Notes under the pieces: generated by a model | What the model was told of the DNA's origin: nothing | Database searches by the model: none | What the model saw: only the letters and a program-made list of their open reading frames with translations | Origin: Paludibacteraceae bacterium | GTDB taxonomy: Bacteria; Bacteroidota; Bacteroidia; Bacteroidales; Paludibacteraceae | Direction of reading: 5' to 3' | DNA: 64,000 nucleotides | NCBI GenBank assembly: GCA_024401435.1 | Contig: JAKSLB010000008.1 | Coordinates: 54,653-118,652 of the forward strand | Program-made: the position numbers and the translations under genes | In this document: positions 48,235 through 57,487 of the stretch, in pieces | How the letters are laid out: each line of letters begins with the position of its first letter | How positions within the stretch are numbered: position 1 is the first letter of the stretch

Positions 48235-48329
48235 ATTGTAATATTTCAATTATTATAACCGATTTCAAAATATCTTCATTTTTTTACACTTTTTAGTTTT
48301 CTTATAACCTTGTTTCAAAACGATTTCAT

Positions 48330-48337
48330 TACCTTTG
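48330..48337 (+). promoter_or_regulatory. -7 box (TACCTTTG) for pspC-like gene and uvrB
   Basis: Perfect TAnnTTTG, 25 nt upstream of ATG 48363. Confidence 0.6.
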
Positions 48338-48362
48338 TAAGGTAATTTAAAAAAAAACTAAC

Positions 48363-48542
48363 ATGGGAAAACAATTAAAACGTTCAAGCAACAAAATGAT
48401 TGCTGGTGTAGCTGCTGGTGTAGCAGAATATTTTGATATTGATGTAACGATTGTTCGTATCATATGGGCTGTTCTTGCTTTTGCATGTTTTGCAGGTATT
48501 GTTGCATACCTAATTTGTTTACTTCTCATGCCAAAAGAGTAA
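48363..48542 (+). CDS. PspC domain-containing small membrane protein
   Basis: My own translation, 59 aa: MGKQLKRSSNKMIAGVAAGVAEYFDIDVTIVRIIWAVLAFACFAGIVAYLICLLLMPKE. It is absent from the ORF track (under 60 aa). The minus-strand ORF 48347-48634 is its shadow. Confidence 0.8.
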   Translation: MGKQLKRSSNKMIAGVAAGVAEYFDIDVTIVRIIWAVLAFACFAGIVAYLICLLLMPKE

Positions 48543-48583
48543 TAAGGTGAGTTACTAATTAATTCATCCGATAAAACAACAGT

Positions 48584-50599
48584 ATGCAATTTAAATTGGT
48601 ATCTGAATTTGCTCCGACAGGAGATCAACCACAAGCTATTGAAGAATTAGCACAAGGTGTCAATTCAAATAACCAATATCAAACATTACTTGGCGTTACA
48701 GGTTCTGGTAAAACTTTTACCATCGCCAACGTCATTGAAAAAGTACAACGGCCAACGCTTATTTTAAGTCACAATAAGACGTTGGCCGCTCAACTTTATG
48801 GAGAGTTCAAGAGTTTTTTCCCGAATAACGCCGTTGAATATTTTGTTTCCTACTATGACTATTTTCAACCTGAAGCTTATATTCCTAACACAGACACATA
48901 CATAGAAAAAGACCTCTCTATCAATGATGAACTAGAAAAGTTACGTCTTGCCACCACCTCTTCCCTATTATCTGGTCGAAGAGATGTCATTGTCGTTTCT
49001 TCGGTTTCTTGCTTATATGGCATTGGGAATCCTGACGATTTCTACAGCACCATGATTACCTTAAAACGAGGGGCTTCGATGAGCATGAACTATCTGCTAC
49101 GAAAATTGGTGGAAAGTTTATACGTCCGTAATGAAATCGAATTGGATCATGGTAAGTTTCGAGTAAAAGGTGATACGGTTGATGTCTATCTGGCCTATAC
49201 GGATTATATCATACGAATTCATTTTTGGGGCGATGAAATAGAAGAAATCGAATCGATTGATCCGATTAACAATTTGCACATCGAATCATTTGAGGAATAT
49301 AATATATATCCTGCCAATCTGTTCGTCACGACTCAGGAAAGAATCAATCGTGCAGTCAACGAAATTCAAGACGATCTAAACACTCAAGTGGAATATTTCC
49401 AATCTATCGGAAAAGTTTTTGAAGGAAAACGTCTCTACGAACGTGTCAACTACGATTTGGAAATGATCAAAGAGTTGGGGCATTGTTCTGGCATTGAAAA
49501 TTACTCTCGTTATTTTGACGGACGGAAACCTGGCACACGTCCATTCTGTCTGTTAGACTATTTTCCAAAAGACTTTTTGTTGGTAATCGATGAAAGCCAC
49601 GTTACCATTCCTCAAATCCATGCCATGTATGGTGGCGATTTTTCGAGAAAGAGTACTTTGGTGAATTACGGGTTCAGATTACCTTCCGCCTTGGACAACC
49701 GCCCACTGAAATTTGAAGAATTCGAGCAACTAACAGGGCAAACCATTTTTGTCAGTGCCACTCCAGCCGACTATGAATTAGAGAAATCTGGAGGAGTATT
49801 CGTTGAACAGGTTATCCGACCAACTGGTTTGTTAGATCCCATCATCGAAGTAAGACCTAGTGTCAATCAAATAGATGACTTGTTGGAAGAGATTCACCTT
49901 CGTGCAGAAAAAGATGAGCGCGTGTTAGTCACAACTCTCACCAAACGAATGGCAGAAGAGTTACAAGCATATCTTGAAAAAATGGGTGTACGAAGCAACT
50001 ATATTCACTCTGATGTCGAAACACTGGATCGTGTTCAAATCATGGAAGATTTAAGGAATGGCTTGTTCGATGTACTTGTCGGTGTTAATCTACTAAGAGA
50101 AGGATTAGACTTACCACAAGTTTCCTTAGTAGCCATTATCGATGCAGACAAGGAAGGCATGCTTCGTTCTCACAGAGCACTCACACAAACAGCTGGACGT
50201 GCAGCAAGAAATGTCAATGGAAAAGTGATTATGTATGCTGACAAGATCACTCATAGTATGCAACTTACCATTGATGAAACCAACAGAAGACGCGAGAAAC
50301 AAATGGCTTATAACATAGCCAATAATATCACACCTAAATCTGCTATCAAAAACAGCAAATCTTCTGCGTTAGCAAACGAAACGAACAAAGAGAACGTTGT
50401 CAAAGAATACAAAACAGAAACACTTCATACAATAGCTGCAGAAAACACACCAAAACTTGAATCCAGAACAGATATTGAAAAGGCTATCGACAAAGCTCAG
50501 AAAGCAATGAAGAAGTGTGCAAAAGAATTAGACTTCATCCAAGCCGCTCAATACAGAGATGAAATCATTCGATTGAAAGAATTACTTACCTCACGATAA
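48584..50599 (+). CDS. uvrB: excinuclease ABC subunit B
   Basis: 671 aa with Walker A GVTGSGKT, DESH and a C-terminal UVR motif (AAQYRDEIIRLKE). Confidence 0.97.
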   Translation: MQFKLVSEFAPTGDQPQAIEELAQGVNSNNQYQTLLGVTGSGKTFTIANVIEKVQRPTLILSHNKTLAAQLYGEFKSFFPNNAVEYFVSYYDYFQPEAYIPNTDTYIEKDLSINDELEKLRLATTSSLLSGRRDVIVVSSVSCLYGIGNPDDFYSTMITLKRGASMSMNYLLRKLVESLYVRNEIELDHGKFRVKGDTVDVYLAYTDYIIRIHFWGDEIEEIESIDPINNLHIESFEEYNIYPANLFVTTQERINRAVNEIQDDLNTQVEYFQSIGKVFEGKRLYERVNYDLEMIKELGHCSGIENYSRYFDGRKPGTRPFCLLDYFPKDFLLVIDESHVTIPQIHAMYGGDFSRKSTLVNYGFRLPSALDNRPLKFEEFEQLTGQTIFVSATPADYELEKSGGVFVEQVIRPTGLLDPIIEVRPSVNQIDDLLEEIHLRAEKDERVLVTTLTKRMAEELQAYLEKMGVRSNYIHSDVETLDRVQIMEDLRNGLFDVLVGVNLLREGLDLPQVSLVAIIDADKEGMLRSHRALTQTAGRAARNVNGKVIMYADKITHSMQLTIDETNRRREKQMAYNIANNITPKSAIKNSKSSALANETNKENVVKEYKTETLHTIAAENTPKLESRTDIEKAIDKAQKAMKKCAKELDFIQAAQYRDEIIRLKELLTSR

Positions 50600-50702
50600 G
50601 ACTTCGTCAGAGATTTTATATTATAATACCCAATATTACAAATTGACGTTTTTCTACATGCTTTTGAACTAAAATTCCACCCTATTATTCCCCCTAAAAA
50701 AC

Positions 50703-50710
50703 TATTTTTG
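50703..50710 (+). promoter_or_regulatory. -7 box (TATTTTTG) for the PL11-like gene
   Basis: Perfect TAnnTTTG about 100 nt upstream of ATG 50814. Confidence 0.5.
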
Positions 50711-50813
50711 CAATACTGATGATTTAAAGATGTTGATATTTTCAGATAATCATAAATAGATTTCGTTTATTCTCTATTTCTGCAAAGAAATAGTCATTCT
50801 ACAATTTAATACC

Positions 50814-53800
50814 ATGAGAACACATATTACATTCATTAAACTGATTTTGTCCATGCTGTTTTTTATAGGATGTTTTTCTCTTAATGCAGCAACCAGACAG
50901 ATGGAATATCTCGACAGAGGACTTGTCGCTGTTAAAGTAAACAATGGCATTTTCCTGAGTTGGCGTTATCTCGGAACAGACAATTCTTCCGTAGGTTTCA
51001 ATATCTATCGAAATGGAACAAAAATAAACAACGTTCCTATCACCACAAAGACAAACTACGTAGATATAAATGGAACAACAAATGCAACCTACATCATTAA
51101 ATCCGTAATAAACGGAACAGAAACAGAATCTTCGGGAAGTGTCACACCATGGGCACAACAATATAAAACATTAACATTAAAACGTCCCGCTAACAATTAC
51201 ACTGCCAATGATATGAGTGTCGGAGATGTTGATGGAGATGGTCAATATGAACTTTTTGTCAAATGGGACCCCAACAATTCTCAAGACAATTCAAACGGAG
51301 GATATACAGATAAAGTTTTTATAGATTGCTATCGTATGGACGGAACCTTTCTTTGGCGAATTGATCTTGGCATCAACATACGGGCAGGTGCACACTACAC
51401 ACAATACCAAGTATTCGATTATGATGGTGATGGCAAATGTGAAATAGTTTGCAAAACTGCTCCCGGAACAAAAGACGGGAAGGGGAAAAATGTCATCCTA
51501 AATGGAGACAACCCCAATGCAGACTATCGAAATAGTGATGGATACATATTGTCAGGTCCAGAATACCTTACCATTTTCGAAGGTGCAACAGGGGCTGAGA
51601 TTCATACCATTGCTTATAATCCCGCACGTGGAAATGTTTCCTCTTGGGGTGACAAGTATGGTAACCGTGTGGATCGTTTCTTAGCATGTACTGCCTATTT
51701 AGATGGCGTGCATCCAAGTGTGGTCATGTGTCGCGGATATTATACACGTTCAACATTAGCTGCCTACGATTTCAAAAACGGGAAATTAGTTCAACGCTGG
51801 TTTCACGACTCACCCAATAGCGGACAAGGAGCTTATGGTGAAGGATTTCATGGAATCTCCGTAGCCGACGTTGACGATGACGGGAAAGATGAAATCATCT
51901 ATGGTTCTGCAATCATTGATGATAACGGTAATCTCTATAACAGGACTGGATTCGGTCATGGAGATGCTCTCCACATCTCTGATTTAGACCCTTCAAGAAA
52001 CGGATTAGAAGGGTGGTTTGTACATGAAGATGGCAATGCAAAATATGCGCAAGAATTGCGTGATTTAAAAACCGGACAAGTTATTTTCGGGACATCCGGC
52101 ACAGGAAAAGACAATGGTCGTGGATTAGCAGCCGACATAGATGCTTCTCATAGAGGATTTGAATGTTGGAGTTCTCGTGGTGCAGGTGTATATAACTGCA
52201 AAGGAAATCTGATTTCTGACAAAAAGCCCTCCATTAACTTCCGAATCTATTGGGATGGCGATCTTCAAGACGAACTGTTAGATGGTACCACATGCGACAA
52301 ATGGACAGGAAACGGCACAACAACAATCATGACCTTCAACGGGTATTCTATCAACGGAACCAAAAATGTTCCCAACCTGTCAGCCGATCTCTTCGGTGAT
52401 TGGCGCGAAGAAGTCATTTTTCAAGAGGGTGATAAAATTTATATCTATACCACCACCATCGAATCAAACCACCGTCTCTTTACCCCCATGCACGATGCCG
52501 TTTATCGGTGTGGAGTCGCATGGCAAAACACAAGCTATAACCAACCCCCTCATTTAAGTTTTTATATAGGCGATGGCGTTGACAACATACCTCAACCAGA
52601 TATCTATACACCAGGTCATGATGTTATTCCCATAGAACCGACAGAGCCAATTCTAAATTATTGGGGTGAACTTGAACAAGAATTAATGGTTGGAGAACAA
52701 TTAACCGACATTACATTTTCTTACGGAGGAACAGCTACAAGTCTGGAAGTTTCTCAATTACCCAATGGATTAATTCATACAACAGATGGAAATACAATGA
52801 CAATTTCAGGAACGCCAACAGAAGGTGGTGATTTTATAATCAGTACAAAAGGAGGAGATCAGAGTAAATCAATCACTGTAAAAATAGTTCATGTTGACGA
52901 TCATCTGAAACGAATTGCATACATTACAGATCCGCTAAGTGAAGATTATCCAAACGACAAGATTCTTTCAATGTTGAAAGAGCAGAACGATTTTTACATA
53001 AGAGAAATAGATGCGCAAAATACGACGACGGATTTTTCTCTTTTTGATTTAATAATCATTAGCGAAATCACTCCATCGACCGCACCTGTCATGAATCAAC
53101 TAAAAGGGATAGAGAAACCCTTACTCACCATGAAAGTTCATGCTTATAAAAACGCAGAAGGAGCGTGGAATTGGGCTTCATCAGGATATGGAGACAACTA
53201 TGAGGCAACCACGCTATCAATTAACCAAGAGTATCTCACCCACCCAATGTTCAAAGAGATAAATTTCACCAATGGGAATGAAGTTCAAATGGTTTCTATG
53301 GTTGACACAAAAGCCATTACTTATATGGATCCAACAGTTTTCAGTAATCCGACAGGCAATATCACGACAATAGCAAATATCAAAGGAGAGAGCAATCAAA
53401 TATCTATTCTTGAAATTGCAGAAGGCAGTTCCATAGCCAACACGAAAATCATTCAAAAAATAATTCAAATCGGATTGAATAGTAGTTCATACGAATATAT
53501 TACGGATGATGGATTATCCATTATAAAAAATGCATGCTATTATTTATTGAATATGGATAATACAGAAACGAACATATGCGAAACGAAAAATATTGAGTCA
53601 TCATTTGTTTATCCCAATCCCATAAAAAATAATTATAGCCTACACATCCATTCAAAAGCTAACACTGAAATTTATTTTTACATAACAGATATGGATGGAT
53701 GCCTCATTCATACAGAAAAGATAAGATTAAAAGAAGGCATTAATAGAATTGAACGGGAAAGAGCAAACATTTTCAATGGGACATATATTCTAATCATAAA

Positions 53801-53849
53801 AGATATAACAGGAAAAACATTATACAAAACAACCCTTATTTTTGATTGA
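50814..53849 (+). CDS. rhamnogalacturonan lyase-like (PL11, YesW-type beta-propeller) protein with a T9SS C-terminal sorting domain
   Basis: 1011 aa. The N-terminal half matches my memory of YesW/YesX (RQMEYLDRGLVAVK, VGDVDGDGQYE, DYDGDGKCE, VADVDDDGKDE). The C-terminal ~80 aa is a Por-secretion tail. Confidence 0.8.
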   Translation: MRTHITFIKLILSMLFFIGCFSLNAATRQMEYLDRGLVAVKVNNGIFLSWRYLGTDNSSVGFNIYRNGTKINNVPITTKTNYVDINGTTNATYIIKSVINGTETESSGSVTPWAQQYKTLTLKRPANNYTANDMSVGDVDGDGQYELFVKWDPNNSQDNSNGGYTDKVFIDCYRMDGTFLWRIDLGINIRAGAHYTQYQVFDYDGDGKCEIVCKTAPGTKDGKGKNVILNGDNPNADYRNSDGYILSGPEYLTIFEGATGAEIHTIAYNPARGNVSSWGDKYGNRVDRFLACTAYLDGVHPSVVMCRGYYTRSTLAAYDFKNGKLVQRWFHDSPNSGQGAYGEGFHGISVADVDDDGKDEIIYGSAIIDDNGNLYNRTGFGHGDALHISDLDPSRNGLEGWFVHEDGNAKYAQELRDLKTGQVIFGTSGTGKDNGRGLAADIDASHRGFECWSSRGAGVYNCKGNLISDKKPSINFRIYWDGDLQDELLDGTTCDKWTGNGTTTIMTFNGYSINGTKNVPNLSADLFGDWREEVIFQEGDKIYIYTTTIESNHRLFTPMHDAVYRCGVAWQNTSYNQPPHLSFYIGDGVDNIPQPDIYTPGHDVIPIEPTEPILNYWGELEQELMVGEQLTDITFSYGGTATSLEVSQLPNGLIHTTDGNTMTISGTPTEGGDFIISTKGGDQSKSITVKIVHVDDHLKRIAYITDPLSEDYPNDKILSMLKEQNDFYIREIDAQNTTTDFSLFDLIIISEITPSTAPVMNQLKGIEKPLLTMKVHAYKNAEGAWNWASSGYGDNYEATTLSINQEYLTHPMFKEINFTNGNEVQMVSMVDTKAITYMDPTVFSNPTGNITTIANIKGESNQISILEIAEGSSIANTKIIQKIIQIGLNSSSYEYITDDGLSIIKNACYYLLNMDNTETNICETKNIESSFVYPNPIKNNYSLHIHSKANTEIYFYITDMDGCLIHTEKIRLKEGINRIERERANIFNGTYILIIKDITGKTLYKTTLIFD

Positions 53850-53898
53850 TTCAAAATGACGATGGTCAGGACAAAAAATTTGAGACTTGTTTAAAAAC

Positions 53899-53937
53899 AA
53901 AAAAAACTGCGATTTACTTTTTGAAAATAAATCGCAG
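53899..53937 (-). terminator. terminator downstream of tRNA-Ser (also usable for the convergent PL11-like gene)
   Basis: 10-bp stem ctgcgattta / taaatcgcag. U8 follows on the minus strand and CTTTTT follows on the plus strand. Confidence 0.8.
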
Positions 53938-53944
53938 CTTTTTG

Positions 53945-54031
53945 CGGTGAGAGGGGGATTCGAACCCCCGGAACGGTTACCCGTTCGTCAGTTTAGCAAA
54001 CTGGTGGTTTCAGCCACTCACCCATCTCACC
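53945..54031 (-). tRNA. tRNA-Ser (anticodon GCU)
   Basis: Folded by hand, 87 nt: acceptor stem GGTGAGA / TCTCACC, anticodon loop TTGCTAA, long variable arm (AACGG..CCGTT) and T arm GGGGG-TTCGAAT-CCCCC. No CCA is encoded. Confidence 0.9.
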
Positions 54032-54087
54032 AAACCCCATTTTCAATGGTTTTTAAACTTATGAACAATCATTTCTGAATTGCGGTG

Positions 54088-54095
54088 CAAATATA
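54088..54095 (-). promoter_or_regulatory. -7 box (TATATTTG) for tRNA-Ser
   Basis: Perfect TAnnTTTG about 57 nt upstream of the mature 5' end. Confidence 0.45.
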
Positions 54096-54130
54096 AGCAC
54101 TCTTTTTTGAAAATCCAAAGAAATATTCAT

Positions 54131-54138
54131 TATTTTTG
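54131..54138 (+). promoter_or_regulatory. -7 box (TATTTTTG) for mltG
   Basis: Perfect TAnnTTTG, 26 nt upstream of ATG 54165. Confidence 0.6.
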
Positions 54139-54164
54139 CAAAGAATTAAGATAAAACAAAGAAT

Positions 54165-55184
54165 ATGAAAAAAAGGATTTTCATTATACTTATCAGTCTA
54201 ATAATATTGGGAGGGATAGGTGCATGCATAGGTTACAAATCTCTGTTAACAAGCAACGTCAAGACCGACACACCCCAATACATTGAAATATACACGGGTC
54301 AAGGATATGAATCTGTAATGGAAAACATCGAGTTAACTGGCGCCATTCAGAATATGTCTTCTTTAAAATTAGTCGCAAAACTATTAGGTTATAAAGATAA
54401 AATAAAAGAAGGAAGATACGAACTAACCAACGGATTAAGCAGTCTAAGATTGATTCAGCGATTAAAAAGTGGTCGTCAAACACCTGTCCGTTTTACTTTC
54501 AACAACATCCGCACAAAGGAACAATTTGCAGAAAGAGTGGATGACGTTCTAATGATGACAAAAGATGAATTTCTAAATGAACTTAATAGCCAAGAGACAC
54601 TCAATAAATATGGACTAACCAAAGAAACAAATATTGCCATATTCATTCCCAACACATACGAATTCTACTGGAACATATCACCGAAAGAATTCATAGAAAA
54701 AATGAACAAGGAATATGAAAAGTTCTGGACTCCCGAGCGTCTTGCTAAACTATCAGATTGCAATTTAACAAGAATAGAGGTTAGTACGTTAGCCTCCATT
54801 GTTGAAGAAGAGACCATCAAGAATGACGAGCGTCCTAAAGTAGCCGGTCTTTATCTAAACAGACTACGTATCGGAATGATGCTTCAAGCAGACCCAACGG
54901 TGAAATTCGCCATTGGTGATTTTTCCATCAAAAGAGTTACCGGAGCTGGTTTAGTTGACTCTCCTTACAACACATATAAATATGCTGGTTTACCACCAGG
55001 ACCTATCCGCATACCATGTGCTGGAGGTATAGATGCAGTTCTTAATTACGAGCATCACGACTACCTATTCATGTGTGCCAAACGCGATTTCTCTGGTTAT
55101 CATGATTTTTCAAAAACCTTTGGAGAACATCAGAATAATGCACATAAATATCATAAAGAATTGGATAAAAAAGGCATAAAATAA
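54165..55184 (+). CDS. mltG: endolytic murein transglycosylase (YceG family)
   Basis: 339 aa with an N-terminal TM segment and YceG blocks ASIVEEE, LQADPTV and YNTYKYAGLPPGPI. Confidence 0.92.
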   Translation: MKKRIFIILISLIILGGIGACIGYKSLLTSNVKTDTPQYIEIYTGQGYESVMENIELTGAIQNMSSLKLVAKLLGYKDKIKEGRYELTNGLSSLRLIQRLKSGRQTPVRFTFNNIRTKEQFAERVDDVLMMTKDEFLNELNSQETLNKYGLTKETNIAIFIPNTYEFYWNISPKEFIEKMNKEYEKFWTPERLAKLSDCNLTRIEVSTLASIVEEETIKNDERPKVAGLYLNRLRIGMMLQADPTVKFAIGDFSIKRVTGAGLVDSPYNTYKYAGLPPGPIRIPCAGGIDAVLNYEHHDYLFMCAKRDFSGYHDFSKTFGEHQNNAHKYHKELDKKGIK

Positions 55185-55328
55185 AGACTTACGATTCAAC
55201 TTTTCAAGAAAATCCATATTGTTTCTACAGCATTCAAACATCTCAACATTTCTTTCATTATCTAAAATTTAGATATACATATTGAAAGAAAAACGCCATT
55301 GAGATTTTTGTTTTCCACAATTATTTTA

Positions 55329-55336
55329 TATATTTG
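55329..55336 (+). promoter_or_regulatory. -7 box (TATATTTG) for the perR-rubrerythrin operon
   Basis: Perfect TAnnTTTG, 32 nt upstream of ATG 55369. Confidence 0.6.
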
Positions 55337-55341
55337 CATAC

Positions 55342-55357
55342 ATTACAAATTTGTAAT
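55342..55357. promoter_or_regulatory. perfect 16-bp palindrome ATTACAAATTTGTAAT, candidate Fur/PerR operator
   Basis: It starts 6 nt after the -7 box, so it covers the expected transcription start. The gene immediately downstream encodes a Fur-family repressor. Confidence 0.55.
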
Positions 55358-55368
55358 CAATACAACCC

Positions 55369-55773
55369 ATGAACGCATACGAGCATTTATTAAAACATGG
55401 AATAAAGCCATCATCACAACGAATAATCATCATGGATTATTTATTAACTCATCGAACGCATCCGACATCCGATGAGATATACAATGCCCTAAAAGTTCAG
55501 AATCCAACTCTTTCCAAAACAACAGTGTATAATACACTAAGATTATTAGAGGAGAAAGGAGCAGCATTAAATCTTAGCATTGACGAAAAGAATGCAAGAT
55601 ACGATGGAGACACAACCGACCATGCACATTTTATTTGCACATGCTGTGGTAAAATTATCGACATGGGGATTATCACGCCGCCAGAAGTTTCAAACGAAAT
55701 AGGTTGTGAGATAAAACAGATGCAGGTATACATCAAAGGAATTTGTAAAGATTGCAAAAAAACTATTAATTAA
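55369..55773 (+). CDS. Fur family transcriptional regulator (PerR-like)
   Basis: 134 aa with a winged HTH and two CxxC pairs (CTCCGK and CKDCKK). It is co-located with rubrerythrin. Confidence 0.88.
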   Translation: MNAYEHLLKHGIKPSSQRIIIMDYLLTHRTHPTSDEIYNALKVQNPTLSKTTVYNTLRLLEEKGAALNLSIDEKNARYDGDTTDHAHFICTCCGKIIDMGIITPPEVSNEIGCEIKQMQVYIKGICKDCKKTIN

Positions 55774-55792
55774 CTATAATACATATAACATT

Positions 55793-56341
55793 ATGGCAAA
55801 ATTCATTTGTACAGTTTGTGGATATGTCCACGAAGGAGATGAGGCACCAGCACAATGTCCTCAATGCAAAGTACCAGCATCTAAATTCAAAAAGTTAGAT
55901 GAATCAGAGAAAATTTCGTTTGTTACTGAACACGAAATTGGAGTAGCAAAGGGATGTGACGAGGAAATGATTAAAGATTTAAATGCTCATTTCAACGGAG
56001 AATGCACAGAAGTTGGGATGTATCTTGCGATGAGTCGTCAAGCCGACCGTGAAGGATATCCAGAGATAGCAGAAGCATTTAAGAGATATGCATTTGAAGA
56101 GGCAGAGCATGCATCTAAATTTGCAGAGTTATTAGGTGATGTGGTATGGGATACTAAAACAAACCTAGAGAAACGTATGAATGCAGAATCTGGCGCATGC
56201 GCCGACAAATTTCGTATTGCAGAAAGAGCAAAGAAATTAAACTTGGATGCTATCCACGACACTGTTCATGAAATGGCAAAAGACGAAGCTCGTCACGGAA
56301 AAGGTTTCGAAGGCCTATTTAAAAGATACTTCGGGAAATAA
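55793..56341 (+). CDS. rbr: reverse rubrerythrin (N-terminal rubredoxin-like domain, C-terminal diiron ferritin-like domain)
   Basis: 182 aa with CTVCGY..CPQCK at the N-terminus, then EEAEHASKF and DEARHGKGF (ExxH) motifs. Confidence 0.9.
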   Translation: MAKFICTVCGYVHEGDEAPAQCPQCKVPASKFKKLDESEKISFVTEHEIGVAKGCDEEMIKDLNAHFNGECTEVGMYLAMSRQADREGYPEIAEAFKRYAFEEAEHASKFAELLGDVVWDTKTNLEKRMNAESGACADKFRIAERAKKLNLDAIHDTVHEMAKDEARHGKGFEGLFKRYFGK

Positions 56342-56362
56342 TCACTAATGAATTGAAATTTG

Positions 56363-56398
56363 AAAGTGCTGTGAATTCATATTCATAGCACTTTTTTT
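56363..56398 (+). terminator. Rho-independent terminator of the perR-rbr operon
   Basis: 8-bp stem aaagtgct / agcacttt followed by T7. Confidence 0.8.
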
Positions 56399-56403
56399 AT
56401 CTC

Positions 56404-56779
56404 TTAATAAAAATCATTCAGGACCTCTTAAAAAACATCATTAGGGGAAATTTGATCGAACAACTGCATAGAAGATTTCAGTTTTATCACATCAAATTAG
56501 CTACCCATTAATTGTAAAATCGTTCTGTCATTTTTATGTAGTAGTAAGGCGTTTGTTATTTCTCTCAATCGAGGTCCCAAAACAGGATGATTAAAATATT
56601 CTGTAGCCACCAACCCCATCCAATCCATAATACTGAGAGTTATAACTATATTCCAATCCCTTTTGTTGAGGAAAGATGAACCAGATCCAGTGAGATTTCT
56701 TTCCACCAGTTTGGATTTCTTTCAATGCTAATTCGTATGATCGTTCTTGTGCTTCTACAAAGCGTTGTAGGTTATACAT
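56404..56779 (-). pseudogene. DUF1810 family pseudogene (one frameshift, two in-frame TAA stops)
   Basis: MYNLQRFVEAQE..KKSHWIWFIFPQ continues in the +1 frame as ..ATEYFNHPVLGPRLRE. The shift is at the C4/G4 run 56614-56617. TAA codons lie at 56497-56499 and 56428-56430, with family-like sequence (KLKSSMQLF, EVLNDFY) continuing after each. Confidence 0.75.
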
Positions 56780-56781
56780 TA

Positions 56782-56978
56782 AGGGAACATCTATAAATTC
56801 CCCGAAAAAAAGATCACAAACAAGAATTATTCATTCATCTTTTGTGTGCTTTTGAATTTTTGTCGCCATCTTGTTGATTTTCATTCTGTCACAGTGCCCT
56901 CACTGTTTCTTCTTTCAAATCAACAATCTGTCTGACAAAATTTTAAAAATCACCACAAAGCAATTTATAGAAATCCCC
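56782..56978 (+). mobile_element. 197-bp MITE-like element with terminal inverted repeats, copy B
   Basis: TIRs are AGGGAACATCTATAAATT and (reverse complement) AGGGGATTTCTATAAATT. It is about 75-88% identical by eye to copy A over the inner ~150 nt. TA lies on the left flank and TT on the right. Confidence 0.75.
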
Positions 56979-57125
56979 TTCAGAGTCTCCATTCTCAGAA
57001 GATTCCATCAAAAGCGAATTTAGAAATTCTACAGCGACAATTGATGCTGTGGCAAATATTTCATCATCCAGTCCTTCGAAACTAATACTAAATACACAGT
57101 AGACATTTCTCTGATAATCAGTCAA
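56943..57125 (-). pseudogene. gene remnant whose last 12 codons and stop are supplied by element copy B
   Basis: 60-aa TTG-initiated ORF. Upstream (57126-57395) a different frame carries a further ORF fragment interrupted by TAG. The tail ..GDFYKLLCGDF* is encoded by the element TIR. Confidence 0.35.
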
Positions 57126-57432
57126 ACCTTCAAGAGTTGTAGTCTTACGATACTATCTACCTTGATTAACACAGAAATAATCTCCCTTGACAACCATCTT
57201 GCGGATGATTCCCTAACGTTCGATGATATCATATCCATCATGCAATGTTCATTCGGGCGACACGTACGCGCTGTATTAAATCTTTTCATACTTGCAGTTG
57301 CGAAAGTGTATAATCTTTGTGAATTTATGAAAATTTCCTCAAAAAAGAGCTAAAGGAATGCCCTTGAAAGTAAAAATTCCGCATTCATAAATTCAATAAA
57401 CAATACACTTTTATTCAATCCATTAAACAAAA

Positions 57433-57460
57433 CAAAAAAAAGACACTCATCCGTGCGTCT
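57433..57460 (-). terminator. Rho-independent terminator (minus strand)
   Basis: Stem AGACGC / GUGUCU (one G-U pair), an 8-nt loop, then U8. Confidence 0.65.
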
Positions 57461-57487
57461 CTATGAGAAAGGATTTCCTAGATCCAA

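Noticed and set aside
50799-51161. 120-aa Cys-rich minus-strand ORF.
   Set aside because: It is antisense to the 5' end of the PL11-like gene, whose translation has clear family motifs.
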